IMG/VR virus record: IMGVR_UViG_3300031857_000002
Location: 124,001-188,000 of that record
DNA: 64,000 nucleotides
Direction: 5' to 3' (one strand)
This document shows, one piece after another, positions 1 through 9,867 of this stretch. A program made the position numbers and the translations under genes. The notes beneath the pieces were generated by a model that worked only from the letters and a program-made list of their open reading frames with translations, searched no databases and was not told the origin of the DNA. Positions within the stretch are counted from its first letter, which is position 1, and each line of letters starts with the position of its first letter.

Positions 1-17
1 ATATCTAGTGGAGATTT

Positions 18-206
18 TTATTCAATCCCAAAATGTTTCAACACATAAGATCCTGCTGAATCATGTTGAAATTGATTTATTGTGGCAATATCCGCACATT
101 CTCTCACAATCAAATTGGCCAGTTGATCAATTTTATCAACTGCAATCCACTTACCGCTTACGTCGGTTCCTATTTGATTTACTAATTCCTGTAGTTTGGG
201 TTCCAT
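18..206 (-). CDS. small hypothetical phage protein
   Basis: ORF in a tightly packed minus-strand gene run. Confidence 0.5.
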   Translation of the reverse strand: MEPKLQELVNQIGTDVSGKWIAVDKIDQLANLIVRECADIATINQFQHDSAGSYVLKHFGIE

Positions 207-390
207 ACTTCTTTTCCATAACTGGTTTGATGTTGATATCGTATATCTGTTCCATCACACGCCACAATCCTCGGCGTTCAAGTGCGGTCATGCCACGTAC
301 CCAAGGTGGGTCAGTGGCTAATTTTGGCACTTCATAATCTTCTCTGTACATCACACACATTGAGTGAATGATCTCTTCTCGAGTTTTCAC
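151..390 (-). CDS. hypothetical phage protein
   Basis: ORF with ATGA-type overlap to the upstream gene. Confidence 0.55.
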   Translation of the reverse strand: MKTREEIIHSMCVMYREDYEVPKLATDPPWVRGMTALERRGLWRVMEQIYDINIKPVMEKKYGTQTTGISKSNRNRRKR

Positions 391-626
391 TTGTATTCCT
401 TGATGTCCTTGTGCGTGACCACAATGATGTAATGCACTTGGCCATTGTATTTGATAGGCAAATCCAAATGCACAGTAATGCGTGGACCCTCAATGTGATT
501 GATCACTGTATCGTTACCTACTGTACCTACAAAGGGAATCTTGTTCCAATGTCCGAACACACGATCCCCTAAGTACCATATAGGGTAGTAACCGATACGT
601 TCAAAGTAATCGGTTTGATTACCCAT
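387..626 (-). CDS. hypothetical phage protein
   Basis: ORF translationally coupled to 151..390. Confidence 0.6.
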   Translation of the reverse strand: MGNQTDYFERIGYYPIWYLGDRVFGHWNKIPFVGTVGNDTVINHIEGPRITVHLDLPIKYNGQVHYIIVVTHKDIKEYK

Positions 627-801
627 TACAATTTCATCTTATGTTTATTGAGAAAGTAGTTAACGGCAGCAATGGCAAAATTAAATGCGGCACTAACATA
701 GTTTCCAACCGCTAGCGAACTCAATCCTGCCATAACACAGATACCAATGATGAACCAAGTAATAGCATCTTGGTGTGTAATATACCACGTTCTAAAAGCA
801 C

Positions 802-999
802 TCATGTTAGTTTCCTTTCGTGTACAAGAGTTTCAAACTGTTCAAACAGTTCTTCAAACTTATGATGATAAACAGCAGACAATGCCTCAAAATCGGCACT
901 CTCTGCATTCCGCTTGGCCAACAACTTAACGTCATCAACCATGCCCCAGCAACTCATAATCTGTTGCTCAAAATCAAAACGGTCTGTCATTGCTTCCAT
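802..999 (-). CDS. hypothetical phage protein
   Basis: ORF on the dominant coding strand. Confidence 0.55.
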   Translation of the reverse strand: MEAMTDRFDFEQQIMSCWGMVDDVKLLAKRNAESADFEALSAVYHHKFEELFEQFETLVHERKLT

Positions 1000-1120
1000 T
1001 CCTGTCTGGCCTTAAGGGCCTCTGTAAAAATCTTCTTAGCTATTTCCCAAATTGGATGCCAACAGTATCCTACTGCGGCACCCGCTACAAACCAATTTAA
1101 TGCATTAAGAAAGTCTTGCA

Positions 1121-2401
1121 TTAGTGAGACTTCTCCTCGTCATAGTAAGCATATTGACCCCATGGTGGCTCAATAGTTGTGGTACCGTGCAAGATCCAAA
1201 CTGTATCTGCATAGTTCTCATCACCCCAGCTACCGAATGGGTATCCGTCTGTAAACACTACAAGACGCTTGGGCTCAATCTCGTTCTCTTTTAAGTAACT
1301 GTAGATGGCGTCAAAGTCTGTGCCGCCGCCACCTTTGACCTCGTAGTCGCAAATGTCATCTAAGTTGTCACTGTCGTATTGTGCAGGGTTATATGCTTCT
1401 GTGTCAAAAGTAAACACATGGATCTTGTACGCAGGGAACGAGTCCATGATACCTTGAATCTCACCCAAGAAGTCTTTTAGCATGGTCTCGCTAATTGAAC
1501 CAGAAGCGTCCAGTGCCACAGCAATGTCAATCATGGGATCCACCTTCATGCCGGGCATGACAGCATCCATGTGCCAGCCTTTGCGGCTTGCTCTCATCCA
1601 TGTGTAGTCACTTTTAATTGTAGATTCCAATTGCATACGGAGCAGTTCACGCCAGTTCATCTGGGGCTCTGTGAGCTCTTGTATAAGACGCTTGACACCT
1701 GCGGGCAAGTTACCTGCGCCATCCACTGTAGCGGCAGCCGCCAACATGGCTTCTTTAATCTCATCCTTAATTTGCTGACGCTCTTCTGCTGTGAGCTTGG
1801 GACGACCCTTGCCTTCTTTCTCGTTGCCATCGCCATCTTGTTCCTCATCGCCTTCGCCATCTAAGTGCTCGTCGATCATCTGGTCCAGCAATTTGCCAAT
1901 GTCAAGTTTTTCTGCTTTCTCGTACAAGATATCGTAGATCTCTTCCGAGCTCATGCCGTCATACTTGGGATTGTGCAAACACGGCACTGTGGTGATCTTC
2001 TCGCCCACACGGTGCTTAATTAAATCTGCGTTGACACAATAGTCATTGGCAATGTTAAACAACTGGTGGTCCCGCTCACCTCGGCGCCCAAAGTGGTCAT
2101 ATACACAATGCAGGACCTCGTGCCCAAACAAGAATTCGATTTCTTTGGGACGCAACATTTTAATGAAGCGGCTATTGTAATAGAAGTTTCTGCCATCTGT
2201 TGCGGCAGTAGAGCACCACTCGTCTGCGTTTACTAGTTTCAACCGTGTTGCCAAGTTACCAAAGAAACTGGCCTTGAGCAACAGGCCCACACGAGCAGTG
2301 ATCAGCATCTCGCGTACTTCTCTGTCAAGTTTGGGATCTGTTTTGCCCAGAAGGTTGGCAAACTTTTTCTTGTCGTCTTTTGTTGCAGTAGTGGATGTCA
2401 T
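1121..2401 (-). CDS. DUF2201-type metallopeptidase fused to a VWA domain
   Basis: TAATDG and HEVLH zincin motif in the N-terminal half; DASGS MIDAS, GGGGTDF and FTDG in the C-terminal half; adjacent to a MoxR ATPase. Confidence 0.85.
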   Translation of the reverse strand: MTSTTATKDDKKKFANLLGKTDPKLDREVREMLITARVGLLLKASFFGNLATRLKLVNADEWCSTAATDGRNFYYNSRFIKMLRPKEIEFLFGHEVLHCVYDHFGRRGERDHQLFNIANDYCVNADLIKHRVGEKITTVPCLHNPKYDGMSSEEIYDILYEKAEKLDIGKLLDQMIDEHLDGEGDEEQDGDGNEKEGKGRPKLTAEERQQIKDEIKEAMLAAAATVDGAGNLPAGVKRLIQELTEPQMNWRELLRMQLESTIKSDYTWMRASRKGWHMDAVMPGMKVDPMIDIAVALDASGSISETMLKDFLGEIQGIMDSFPAYKIHVFTFDTEAYNPAQYDSDNLDDICDYEVKGGGGTDFDAIYSYLKENEIEPKRLVVFTDGYPFGSWGDENYADTVWILHGTTTIEPPWGQYAYYDEEKSH

Positions 2402-2427
2402 ATATGCCTTTCTAATTTGTATAACGT

Positions 2428-2456
2428 ATTATAGCAAAGAGCAATTTACTGGTCAA
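2428..2456 (-). promoter_or_regulatory. sigma70-type promoter
   Basis: TTGACC-N17-TATAAT with extended -10 TG. Confidence 0.8.
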
Positions 2457-2516
2457 GTTAAAGAGGAGGGCAGTGCGACACAGCCCTGTGTTTTTGAACA
2501 CCACCCTCCTAATTAA

Positions 2517-3599
2517 TTAAGCGGATGCCTGCAAAATGTACTTACCAAAGCGTTGATGGAACTCATCAAAGTTCTTGAGCTTGGTGGGCAAGAACGGCAA
2601 GTCGTATGTGGTCAATGCAATACGAGCACCCATAACTGTCAACTCTGTCTCAAAGTTCTTCATCATGTAGCCCAGGAAGTTGTCTGCCATGTCGTGGAAC
2701 TCTTTGTCTGCTGTCTTGTTCTCCACAGCGGCCTTGAGCTCGTAGCACATGGAGATCACCAAGCTGTACATGGCACTGACCTCTTTGACGTTCAAGTCCT
2801 TGACCTTGCCCTTAAGGATGTCTAACGGGTTGGGCATCTTGCTGGCAACCTTGCGGTGAGCCATAAACTTAACAGCAAGACCTTCACCTACTGTACCAGC
2901 AATTAAGTTGGTAAGAGTATCGTTGTCGCACTCGTCGTCTAAGAGCTCACTTACAAAACTCCATGAACGAGGAGTAGCAAAGGCACGACTGGCACTCTTG
3001 GCATCGAAGTCGTATAAGTCTTGCTTGGCAAAACTCAAATAACCTACCACGTCTTTGTGGATCTTGTTTAGAACAGCCCACTCTTGCCAAGACGCAAAAT
3101 CCACTTTCATCTCTTGGTGAATGAAACGATTGGCAAGCGGAGTAGGCATACGATAGGTAACGCCTTTGTCGCTTTCTCGGTTGCCTGCGGCTACCATAAC
3201 AACATTGTCGGGCAATTTGTATTTGCCAATACGACGATTCAAAATAAGTTGATAAGCGGCACTCTGAACACTGGGTGCGGCACTGTTCAACTCGTCTAGG
3301 AACAGGACCACAACAGGATACTGGCTGGCCAGTTCGTCATCGGGCAGTTCTACTGGGGGAGCCCAATCCATCTTGCCAGAGTCCTTGTTATAGAACGGGA
3401 TACCACGAATGTCTGTGGGCTCCATCTGACCCAACCGTAGGTCGATCATGTAGCCACCGAGATCCTTAGTAATGTTCTCAACAAGCTCGGATTTACCGAT
3501 GCCTGGAGGACCCCACAAGAACAAAGGACGTTGAACTTTAAATGCTTTGAGTAGGGATTTACGAGCCTGTACGGCTGTGACTGTGCGGGTATCTGACAT
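2517..3599 (-). CDS. MoxR-family AAA+ ATPase
   Basis: Walker A GPPGIGKS, Walker B LFLDE, AAGN sensor 1, LANRF arginine finger, ATPRSW. Confidence 0.9.
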   Translation of the reverse strand: MSDTRTVTAVQARKSLLKAFKVQRPLFLWGPPGIGKSELVENITKDLGGYMIDLRLGQMEPTDIRGIPFYNKDSGKMDWAPPVELPDDELASQYPVVVLFLDELNSAAPSVQSAAYQLILNRRIGKYKLPDNVVMVAAGNRESDKGVTYRMPTPLANRFIHQEMKVDFASWQEWAVLNKIHKDVVGYLSFAKQDLYDFDAKSASRAFATPRSWSFVSELLDDECDNDTLTNLIAGTVGEGLAVKFMAHRKVASKMPNPLDILKGKVKDLNVKEVSAMYSLVISMCYELKAAVENKTADKEFHDMADNFLGYMMKNFETELTVMGARIALTTYDLPFLPTKLKNFDEFHQRFGKYILQASA

Positions 3600-3644
3600 G
3601 GGCTGTGCCTTTCTAGGGTTGAAAAATTAACTAACTAAGCTTCT

Positions 3645-3673
3645 ATTGTAGCAAAACACGATTTTCGTGTCAA
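3645..3673 (-). promoter_or_regulatory. sigma70-type promoter
   Basis: TTGACA-N17-TACAAT. Confidence 0.75.
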
Positions 3674-3855
3674 CTGTTGACTGTTGCAAAAGGGCTACAG
3701 TCTTCATGTTCCTGGTTGACAGGATTTTCTGAAGGATCTGCAACTTCGTACACCCAGTTGATGGGCACATCAAGAAGTCGGGCAATAGTAACAGGCAAAT
3801 AGCCCTCAACTAACATGCCGTCAATTTCCACGGCGAGATTGCTCATAGCACTCAT
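3670..3855 (-). CDS. small hypothetical protein
   Basis: AAGGAG RBS and its own promoter. Confidence 0.6.
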   Translation of the reverse strand: MSAMSNLAVEIDGMLVEGYLPVTIARLLDVPINWVYEVADPSENPVNQEHEDCSPFATVNS

Positions 3856-3885
3856 AACTAACTCCTTTTTAACTACAATACACGT

Positions 3886-3914
3886 ATTATAGCAAAAAGC
3901 AATTTAATGGTCAA
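3886..3914 (-). promoter_or_regulatory. sigma70-type promoter
   Basis: TTGACC-N17-TATAAT. Confidence 0.8.
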
Positions 3915-3933
3915 CCTGGGCAACCGCCACAAT

Positions 3934-5079
3934 CTATGCGGGTGCTGTGGGGGTAAAGTCTTTGATATAGATGGCCGAACTCATACACGTATTAAATCCT
4001 GTAATAGGGTTCCAAATCTCAGCATGATTGTTGTTTAGGTATTGTAACCCTTGCACCCAGTGGTTATAAATTTTTGAGTTGGTTTTTTCTGCTAGGTCTT
4101 TGAGTACTGCACTGTCGTAATTGGTTGTACTGCTGATACCGTTTTCTGATTTGGTGTCATAGTAATATTTGTTAAAACCTGAGGCTGCAACAGCATCAAA
4201 CACGTTGCTACGCCCAAAACTTTTGTTCCAATCAGCATACAGATCACCTCGTTCGCGCAAACTGCGATTGGTTGATTTTCCCTGAACCTCGTGAACAAAA
4301 TCATGACTGCACTCTGGATGACTTTCCATCCAGGCAATACTCATCCATACTTGTTTTATATAAAGTCTAGTAGCGTCCGGGCACAGATAAAACAAATGCC
4401 TAGGACCACCAAGATGATGGTACAATGCAGAATCTGGCATCTGTGCGTACCACTTTCCGTCACGTAAGTTAACTCTGGGTTTCTCTACGCCAGTGATGTC
4501 ACATCTACCTACAATTTGATCTAGTCCAACAAGATCTTTGTGATACCTTGCTGTATTGTATCTAGAAGTTTTAGTAAAATTATGAAAATTTCCTGGCCCG
4601 TGATAGATCCAATCAGCACCGTATTCCTGATAGAATTTAAATGTGGTATCTTGATCGTACTCAACTTGCCTAATTTTTAACCAAGGTTGGAGATGAGTCT
4701 TGATATGATATGCTTGCTTGAGTGCAATCAAGTGTTCAAAATTGTCCGACGTATTGATATAAGGTCGACTGTATATCAGTATTTCGTCTAGTCTTGTGTT
4801 AGTGCGTAAAATACTATCTAGAATAGTATGGCTATCATATCCTGCACTGTACCACAACGCCAAATACTGATGTTGCTCTCTTAGATCTCTAACACGTTGA
4901 TCTATGAGTGCGTGTATTGATTCTTCTGGTTCAAGGGTCCAGTTATGCTGGCGGTGCTCATCATCTGCAAAATAAAAATGCACACGATTCATGTCACCGC
5001 CAGCAGCCTCTACTGCCAACAGTTTGTTGATGGTTTTATAATCGCCTACTTGATAGTAAAGGTACTGATCAGAATTCAT
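3934..5079 (-). CDS. PP-loop (adenine nucleotide alpha hydrolase / asparagine synthetase-like) protein
   Basis: LWYSAGYDSH PP-loop motif; no QueC-type C-terminal Cys cluster. Confidence 0.6.
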   Translation of the reverse strand: MNSDQYLYYQVGDYKTINKLLAVEAAGGDMNRVHFYFADDEHRQHNWTLEPEESIHALIDQRVRDLREQHQYLALWYSAGYDSHTILDSILRTNTRLDEILIYSRPYINTSDNFEHLIALKQAYHIKTHLQPWLKIRQVEYDQDTTFKFYQEYGADWIYHGPGNFHNFTKTSRYNTARYHKDLVGLDQIVGRCDITGVEKPRVNLRDGKWYAQMPDSALYHHLGGPRHLFYLCPDATRLYIKQVWMSIAWMESHPECSHDFVHEVQGKSTNRSLRERGDLYADWNKSFGRSNVFDAVAASGFNKYYYDTKSENGISSTTNYDSAVLKDLAEKTNSKIYNHWVQGLQYLNNNHAEIWNPITGFNTCMSSAIYIKDFTPTAPA

Positions 5080-5990
5080 AGATCAATGTTTTGTATGCTT
5101 GTTTTAAGTTGGTTGATAAATTGTAGGTACGATTGGGAACCATGCCCAATGCTGAACTGATTTCGCTTGGCAAGGCTTTCTTGTACTACAGGGTCTTTTA
5201 TAGCGTTGAGTATGTCCTGATGCAGTTGTCTAGCCTCGGTTGAATCCATCTTTGGACTTGACGCAATTAGTACTCCTCCTGTGACCTGTGCAACCCCTAA
5301 CTGTTTACTAACTGACGGCACAGACTGTCCAGCAATTTGCAAAGACTGCTCAGTAGTATTACCTAAGATACGAAGTTTACCAGCTTTGACATGTTCTTCC
5401 ACAACAGGAGTATAAGACACAATGGATACTTCTATATCGTTGGCCAATAACGCTGTAAGAATTTCCGCTGTGCCTTTGTACTTGATTGGTTCAACACTTT
5501 TTGGTCTCCACTTGAAGTGTTGGGCCAGTATATGTAAATTGGCAACCTCAACTGGGTTGGCATACCCTACAAAGTTTTTAGAATTGGTTGGTAATGTTTT
5601 GACCAAATCGCCCATGGTTTTATACGGGCTGTCGGCTCTTACTACCCAGGTAATTGGACTTAGAGCAATTGGACTGATCGGAACAAAATCATCTTCGCTA
5701 TAGGGCAAGTCTTTCATAGACTTGGGATTGAATGCCAACAGGCTGGTAGTGGTCAAAATCAGCCCAGGTTTTGCCATATTTTTAAAACGTACTGCTCCTG
5801 GAATCTGATTGCCACCACCAACACTTTCAATAATCAGTGTGTTACCAGTTTGTCTAGTGTACGCTTCGGCAATTGCCCTTGCAGTAACTTCGCTTGAAGA
5901 CCCAGGTGCATTGGGATTGATCAACACATACTCTTTGGCCGTGGCCACGTTAATAAACATTGCAAAAAGCAATGAAACAATAAATTTCAT
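5076..5990 (-). CDS. Bug/TctC-like tripartite tricarboxylate transporter substrate-binding protein
   Basis: Signal peptide; motifs PNAPGSSSEVTAR, VESVGGG-like, DFVPI, IKYKGTAE, VKAGKLRILG. Confidence 0.8.
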   Translation of the reverse strand: MKFIVSLLFAMFINVATAKEYVLINPNAPGSSSEVTARAIAEAYTRQTGNTLIIESVGGGNQIPGAVRFKNMAKPGLILTTTSLLAFNPKSMKDLPYSEDDFVPISPIALSPITWVVRADSPYKTMGDLVKTLPTNSKNFVGYANPVEVANLHILAQHFKWRPKSVEPIKYKGTAEILTALLANDIEVSIVSYTPVVEEHVKAGKLRILGNTTEQSLQIAGQSVPSVSKQLGVAQVTGGVLIASSPKMDSTEARQLHQDILNAIKDPVVQESLAKRNQFSIGHGSQSYLQFINQLKTSIQNIDL

Positions 5991-6129
5991 AATTTCCTCG
6001 ATAAGTTTAAAAAGTACTAGTAGATGAATTCTACGTACGGAAGGCGTTCTGTAGTATATTCTACAGTAAAGACATCTCTATGTCAAGCGTCAAATTGATC
6101 CGACGTCGGCCCTTGCCGGCGCTGTATAA

Positions 6130-6744
6130 TTATTTAGTATTCATGTCATGCACTGACGTTTTAATATGCTTTAGGTCTTCGTACCCTAAACTAACTTGAA
6201 GAACTATTCGCGGAGATTGCAAATTTTCCACACTATGCATGATTCGAGTATTCAGCAAATACCATGTGCGCGGCCGGAATCTTACCTTGGCATATTCTTT
6301 TAGATTGTTATAGGTGTCCAACCACTTGCCTCGAGATTCACTGACCAAGGGCTCATTGAGCACTTCCCAAAACACAGTATCCACATCTGGCCCGCCGGTG
6401 TCATATATCCACATAATGGTAACATCTCTAGACCCGTCAACATGAGGACCATGTGTGTCAGTAACATTCCCGGGGTCAGATACTGATATGGCAGCATGAA
6501 TAAATTCAGAACAAATATTAGTTTGCACCCACTCTTCTAATTCCTTGCTAATTTTTAATCTACTGTAATTTATATTTGATACACTAGTCCCATCAGGCTT
6601 GGTGATTGTACGAGTAGATTCAGCCCATTTTAGAAACAGAGGTTGGGTCAGATATTCGTTGAATTGCTGCTCGAATTGTGGCGGCAACGATGGCAGTTCG
6701 TGCAATTCTTCCCAGCACCACGGAGTTACAGTAGTATCAGTCAT
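6130..6744 (-). CDS. putative 2OG-Fe(II) oxygenase-like protein
   Basis: GPHVD...MHSVEN...PRI (HxD...H...R pattern). Confidence 0.55.
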   Translation of the reverse strand: MTDTTVTPWCWEELHELPSLPPQFEQQFNEYLTQPLFLKWAESTRTITKPDGTSVSNINYSRLKISKELEEWVQTNICSEFIHAAISVSDPGNVTDTHGPHVDGSRDVTIMWIYDTGGPDVDTVFWEVLNEPLVSESRGKWLDTYNNLKEYAKVRFRPRTWYLLNTRIMHSVENLQSPRIVLQVSLGYEDLKHIKTSVHDMNTK

Positions 6745-7817
6745 TTTATAAAACAATCATTGATAATTTTTTTATTTACACGTAGCCCCAATGCATATCG
6801 AGTCTGGGTACTGGCATTGATCACGCTATGTGTAAATGTATCATTGTTAATAACCAATGTTTCCTCGTCCATTGGCAATATTCCAGCCCCGGCGATTTTA
6901 ATAAAATTTCCCGCAGGCCATACCAATGGAACATAAAGTTGTGTACATCCTTGATAATTTTGATACTCGGGATTTGACTTACTTTGGTTATCCACATGAG
7001 GATATATAAAATCTCCCGGGGATAATTTTCCTATAAACACAGACCAACAGTCAAGGTCTAGTAGATCTATTATTTTTTGAACATGCGGGTAATCATCGGC
7101 ACAGGGCAATCTTTTACCATACTTGTACAACCAGGTAACGTCCCAGTTTGAATTGAACTTGTCTCTAAATTCTTTCTGATTTTCCGCTAGATGAGCAGAA
7201 GAGTTGGTTGTCTCGCCGATGTTTTTTATTGCTTCCTGGCCAGCAAGTTCTACTAGTGAATGTGGAATACTTTTTTTATACCACATATAAGGTATTTGCT
7301 CTGCAGTTGTTGTTTCTTTTGGAACTACTGTATAGTTAAAATTATGCAGGAAAAAATCTCTAATAATATTAGGAAACTTCTCTGAATCAACAGTCATGCT
7401 ATCAGGATAGTAAATCCAGTATTTTTCATATAGATTTGTTCCCAGCTCTCCAGGAGAAAATTTATTTTCAGCAAGCTCAAGCCAATAGCTGACAGGATAA
7501 CCAAAAGGTAAATGCCAGGTTTGTCCTGCTTCCCACAACACTGTTCCTGGTTGAAATTTTTGATGATCTGAATTTTTAATCCAGCTCATGTACAATAGTT
7601 TTCTTAGGCTAGACCCGTTTACAAATACTTGTAAAATTTCCAATCTGATAGGGTTGACACTGGTCAACGTCAATTTGTGTAGACCAAAGGTGCAATCTGT
7701 ATGGATAGAAATGCCAGCTTCGCTTGTTGTAAAGTCAACAGCTTGGCCGTTTATCTCAATACATATATCACTTTGGCTTATTTGTCCGGTTGTTTCAATA
7801 AAAATAAATGGTAACAT
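6741..7817 (-). CDS. protein with C-terminal Asp/Asn beta-hydroxylase-like 2OG-Fe(II) domain
   Basis: LSPGDFIYPHVD...FTHSVIN...TRY. Confidence 0.6.
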   Translation of the reverse strand: MLPFIFIETTGQISQSDICIEINGQAVDFTTSEAGISIHTDCTFGLHKLTLTSVNPIRLEILQVFVNGSSLRKLLYMSWIKNSDHQKFQPGTVLWEAGQTWHLPFGYPVSYWLELAENKFSPGELGTNLYEKYWIYYPDSMTVDSEKFPNIIRDFFLHNFNYTVVPKETTTAEQIPYMWYKKSIPHSLVELAGQEAIKNIGETTNSSAHLAENQKEFRDKFNSNWDVTWLYKYGKRLPCADDYPHVQKIIDLLDLDCWSVFIGKLSPGDFIYPHVDNQSKSNPEYQNYQGCTQLYVPLVWPAGNFIKIAGAGILPMDEETLVINNDTFTHSVINASTQTRYALGLRVNKKIINDCFIK

Positions 7818-7831
7818 CTTGCTATTACTAT

Positions 7832-8422
7832 TTACATAGCAGGTCCGTTACCATTTTTAAACCCTACTGAACCGCCTTCTGCTTCAATACGTTTGATAAC
7901 GTCTTCAAACAAGATAGGTGCGAAGTCAGTTTGTTCCACACATACGCAATGGTAGCGAGGATCAATTACGGGGATACCATACTTACCCACGGGTTCCATC
8001 TTTACACGACTGGCATGCAAATGACCATGAATGTTAACGCCAAACCGTCCCAATGATTCGGGATGTATCGGAATATGACTCAAGATCATTCCGTTCATCA
8101 CATGGTATGCTCTCAACTCACGAAAGTACTCGCGGTATTCAACATCGGGAAAGATATCGTGGTTGCCACGGATCAACACTTTGTCGCCGTTCAATCGATG
8201 CAATGTTTTCAAAGCCTTGCGGTTGATAACAACATCGCCCAAATGGTACACCTTGTCGCTAGGACGCACACGGTCGTTCCAACGTCGAATCATTTCTTCG
8301 TCCATCTCATCGGCATTGTCCCAAGGACGCAATTTAACGTCAGGGTCATCCGGGTGCGTGAAGCGACAGACACCGGCGTGTCCAAAGTGTGTGTCACTGA
8401 CCAAAAATACTGCTGGCATCAT
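7832..8422 (-). CDS. calcineurin-like metallophosphoesterase
   Basis: SDTHFGH, HLGD, GNHD, SH and HGHLH motifs. Confidence 0.9.
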   Translation of the reverse strand: MMPAVFLVSDTHFGHAGVCRFTHPDDPDVKLRPWDNADEMDEEMIRRWNDRVRPSDKVYHLGDVVINRKALKTLHRLNGDKVLIRGNHDIFPDVEYREYFRELRAYHVMNGMILSHIPIHPESLGRFGVNIHGHLHASRVKMEPVGKYGIPVIDPRYHCVCVEQTDFAPILFEDVIKRIEAEGGSVGFKNGNGPAM

Positions 8423-8444
8423 GTGCTCCTTTCTTTAATAAAGT

Positions 8445-8473
8445 ATTATAGCACAGATGCCTTTTGAGGTCAA
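8445..8473 (-). promoter_or_regulatory. sigma70-type promoter
   Basis: TTGACC-N17-TATAAT. Confidence 0.75.
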
Positions 8474-8751
8474 CGGCTATAAGTTTGTTGTTGTTTCTGA
8501 CGATGTCGGTCTTCTGCTGTTTCTTTTAACAAATAGTTGTTGCCTACAAGACCTTCTTCAATCTCTAAAATGGCAGTAACCATGGGTCCGTATTTGGTAG
8601 CAATCTTGGGAGCATGACCTCGACGGAGTTCTCTCACTCGCTGACTTGCAACCAACACCAAGTCATATCTATTGCCCAGGGCTTCAACTGCATGCTCACT
8701 TGTAAGGCCAGCAGTTCTACCACGTACATCATGTTTAATTTTCATCTTCAT
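8470..8751 (-). CDS. rpoZ: RNA polymerase omega subunit homolog
   Basis: GNRYDLVLVASQRVREL and AILEIEEG match the omega signature. Confidence 0.85.
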   Translation of the reverse strand: MKMKIKHDVRGRTAGLTSEHAVEALGNRYDLVLVASQRVRELRRGHAPKIATKYGPMVTAILEIEEGLVGNNYLLKETAEDRHRQKQQQTYSR

Positions 8752-9046
8752 CTTTCGTTGTTAAACCATTTGAATGTTTGTCTGTGACTTGTTCTAAGTC
8801 CTGGAACAAACGCTTTTCTTGAGCTGTGAGTCGATCCTTGTGAGTCTTGCGTGGATTACCACACAAGTAACAGCCTGGGTTTCCACAATCCATCACATGG
8901 TGTTTGGCAGTACGATGAGGTTGTTTTATTACCTGATCATGAAACCCTAACCCATGTGCTTTGGCAATTTTTACTTGCCTAGCAATCTTGACATCGGTTT
9001 TGTGCCGACGTCTTGAATTCATAAATTTGGCTAATTCGTTACTCAC
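8735..9046 (-). CDS. basic hypothetical protein with a CGNPGCYLCGNPR Cys cluster
   Basis: ORF with GGAG RBS; possible Zn-binding motif. Confidence 0.65.
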   Translation of the reverse strand: MSNELAKFMNSRRRHKTDVKIARQVKIAKAHGLGFHDQVIKQPHRTAKHHVMDCGNPGCYLCGNPRKTHKDRLTAQEKRLFQDLEQVTDKHSNGLTTKDEDEN

Positions 9047-9065
9047 AATGTCTCCGTTTCAATGT

Positions 9066-9094
9066 ATTATACAACAACCCAACATTATTGTCAA
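9066..9094 (-). promoter_or_regulatory. sigma70-type promoter
   Basis: TTGACA-N17-TATAAT (perfect consensus). Confidence 0.8.
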
Positions 9095-9867
9095 CTTGCT
9101 ATTGCCCGATCTGTGCGGGTCATGTCTGCACACGTATAAGTTTGGTAACTCTGCTTTAGGTGTTCGGGCATGGGTATTTCATCTATAGGTACACCAAATT
9201 GTTCTGCAACTTCATAAAAACTTTGGGTCCGGCCTGTACCTACATTGAACACGCCTGACTGTTTGATGTGTAAGAAGGCCAAGTGGGTATCAACGATTTG
9301 ACTTACAGGCACAAAATCTCTGCGGTACTCTCTACTGCCCTCAAACACACGTATGCGTCCTGTTTCTCTAGCTTGTTTTTCAAACTGATGATACGGGCTG
9401 GCTTGCCCGCCTTTGTGAGCTTCACCAGAGCCATACACATTAAAATACCGAAATCCTTGTATGCGATCGCCAACCTGGTCAGCAAACTCTTGACGCTTGA
9501 GTGCATAGCGTTCAAACATGTATTTTGACCAAGCATAAGGTGTGCGTGGATCTACAGGTGAGTCTTCACGGAATTCTTGATTCAAACCATACACGCTGGC
9601 ACTACTGGAATACTGAAAATGTGTGCCAGTGTTCATGCAACGATCCAACAAGCGACAACTGAAGTCATAGTTTTGACGCATGACTTTGTCTACATCACGT
9701 TCGGTGGTGCTGGATATGCCACCAATGTGAATACACACATCTCGATCTCTAGTATCTAGCTTGTCTTCGTCTTCGCCCCAGTCGTATGTTCTAACATCAT
9801 GTCCTGACAGCGCCTTTAGCATGTTTGATCCAATAAAGCCTCGGTGGCCTGTGAGTAAAATTTTCAT
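9091..9867 (-). CDS. hldD: ADP-L-glycero-D-manno-heptose 6-epimerase
   Basis: TGHRGFIG, SSTTE, SSASVYG, YAWSK, RYFNVYG, RDFV; start taken at MKILLTG. Confidence 0.8.
   Translation of the reverse strand: MKILLTGHRGFIGSNMLKALSGHDVRTYDWGEDEDKLDTRDRDVCIHIGGISSTTERDVDKVMRQNYDFSCRLLDRCMNTGTHFQYSSSASVYGLNQEFREDSPVDPRTPYAWSKYMFERYALKRQEFADQVGDRIQGFRYFNVYGSGEAHKGGQASPYHQFEKQARETGRIRVFEGSREYRRDFVPVSQIVDTHLAFLHIKQSGVFNVGTGRTQSFYEVAEQFGVPIDEIPMPEHLKQSYQTYTCADMTRTDRAIAS

Noticed and set aside
3934-5079. PP-loop protein as the missing QueC
   Set aside because: About 30 kb from the que cluster, much longer than QueC and lacking its C-terminal Zn-binding Cys motif.
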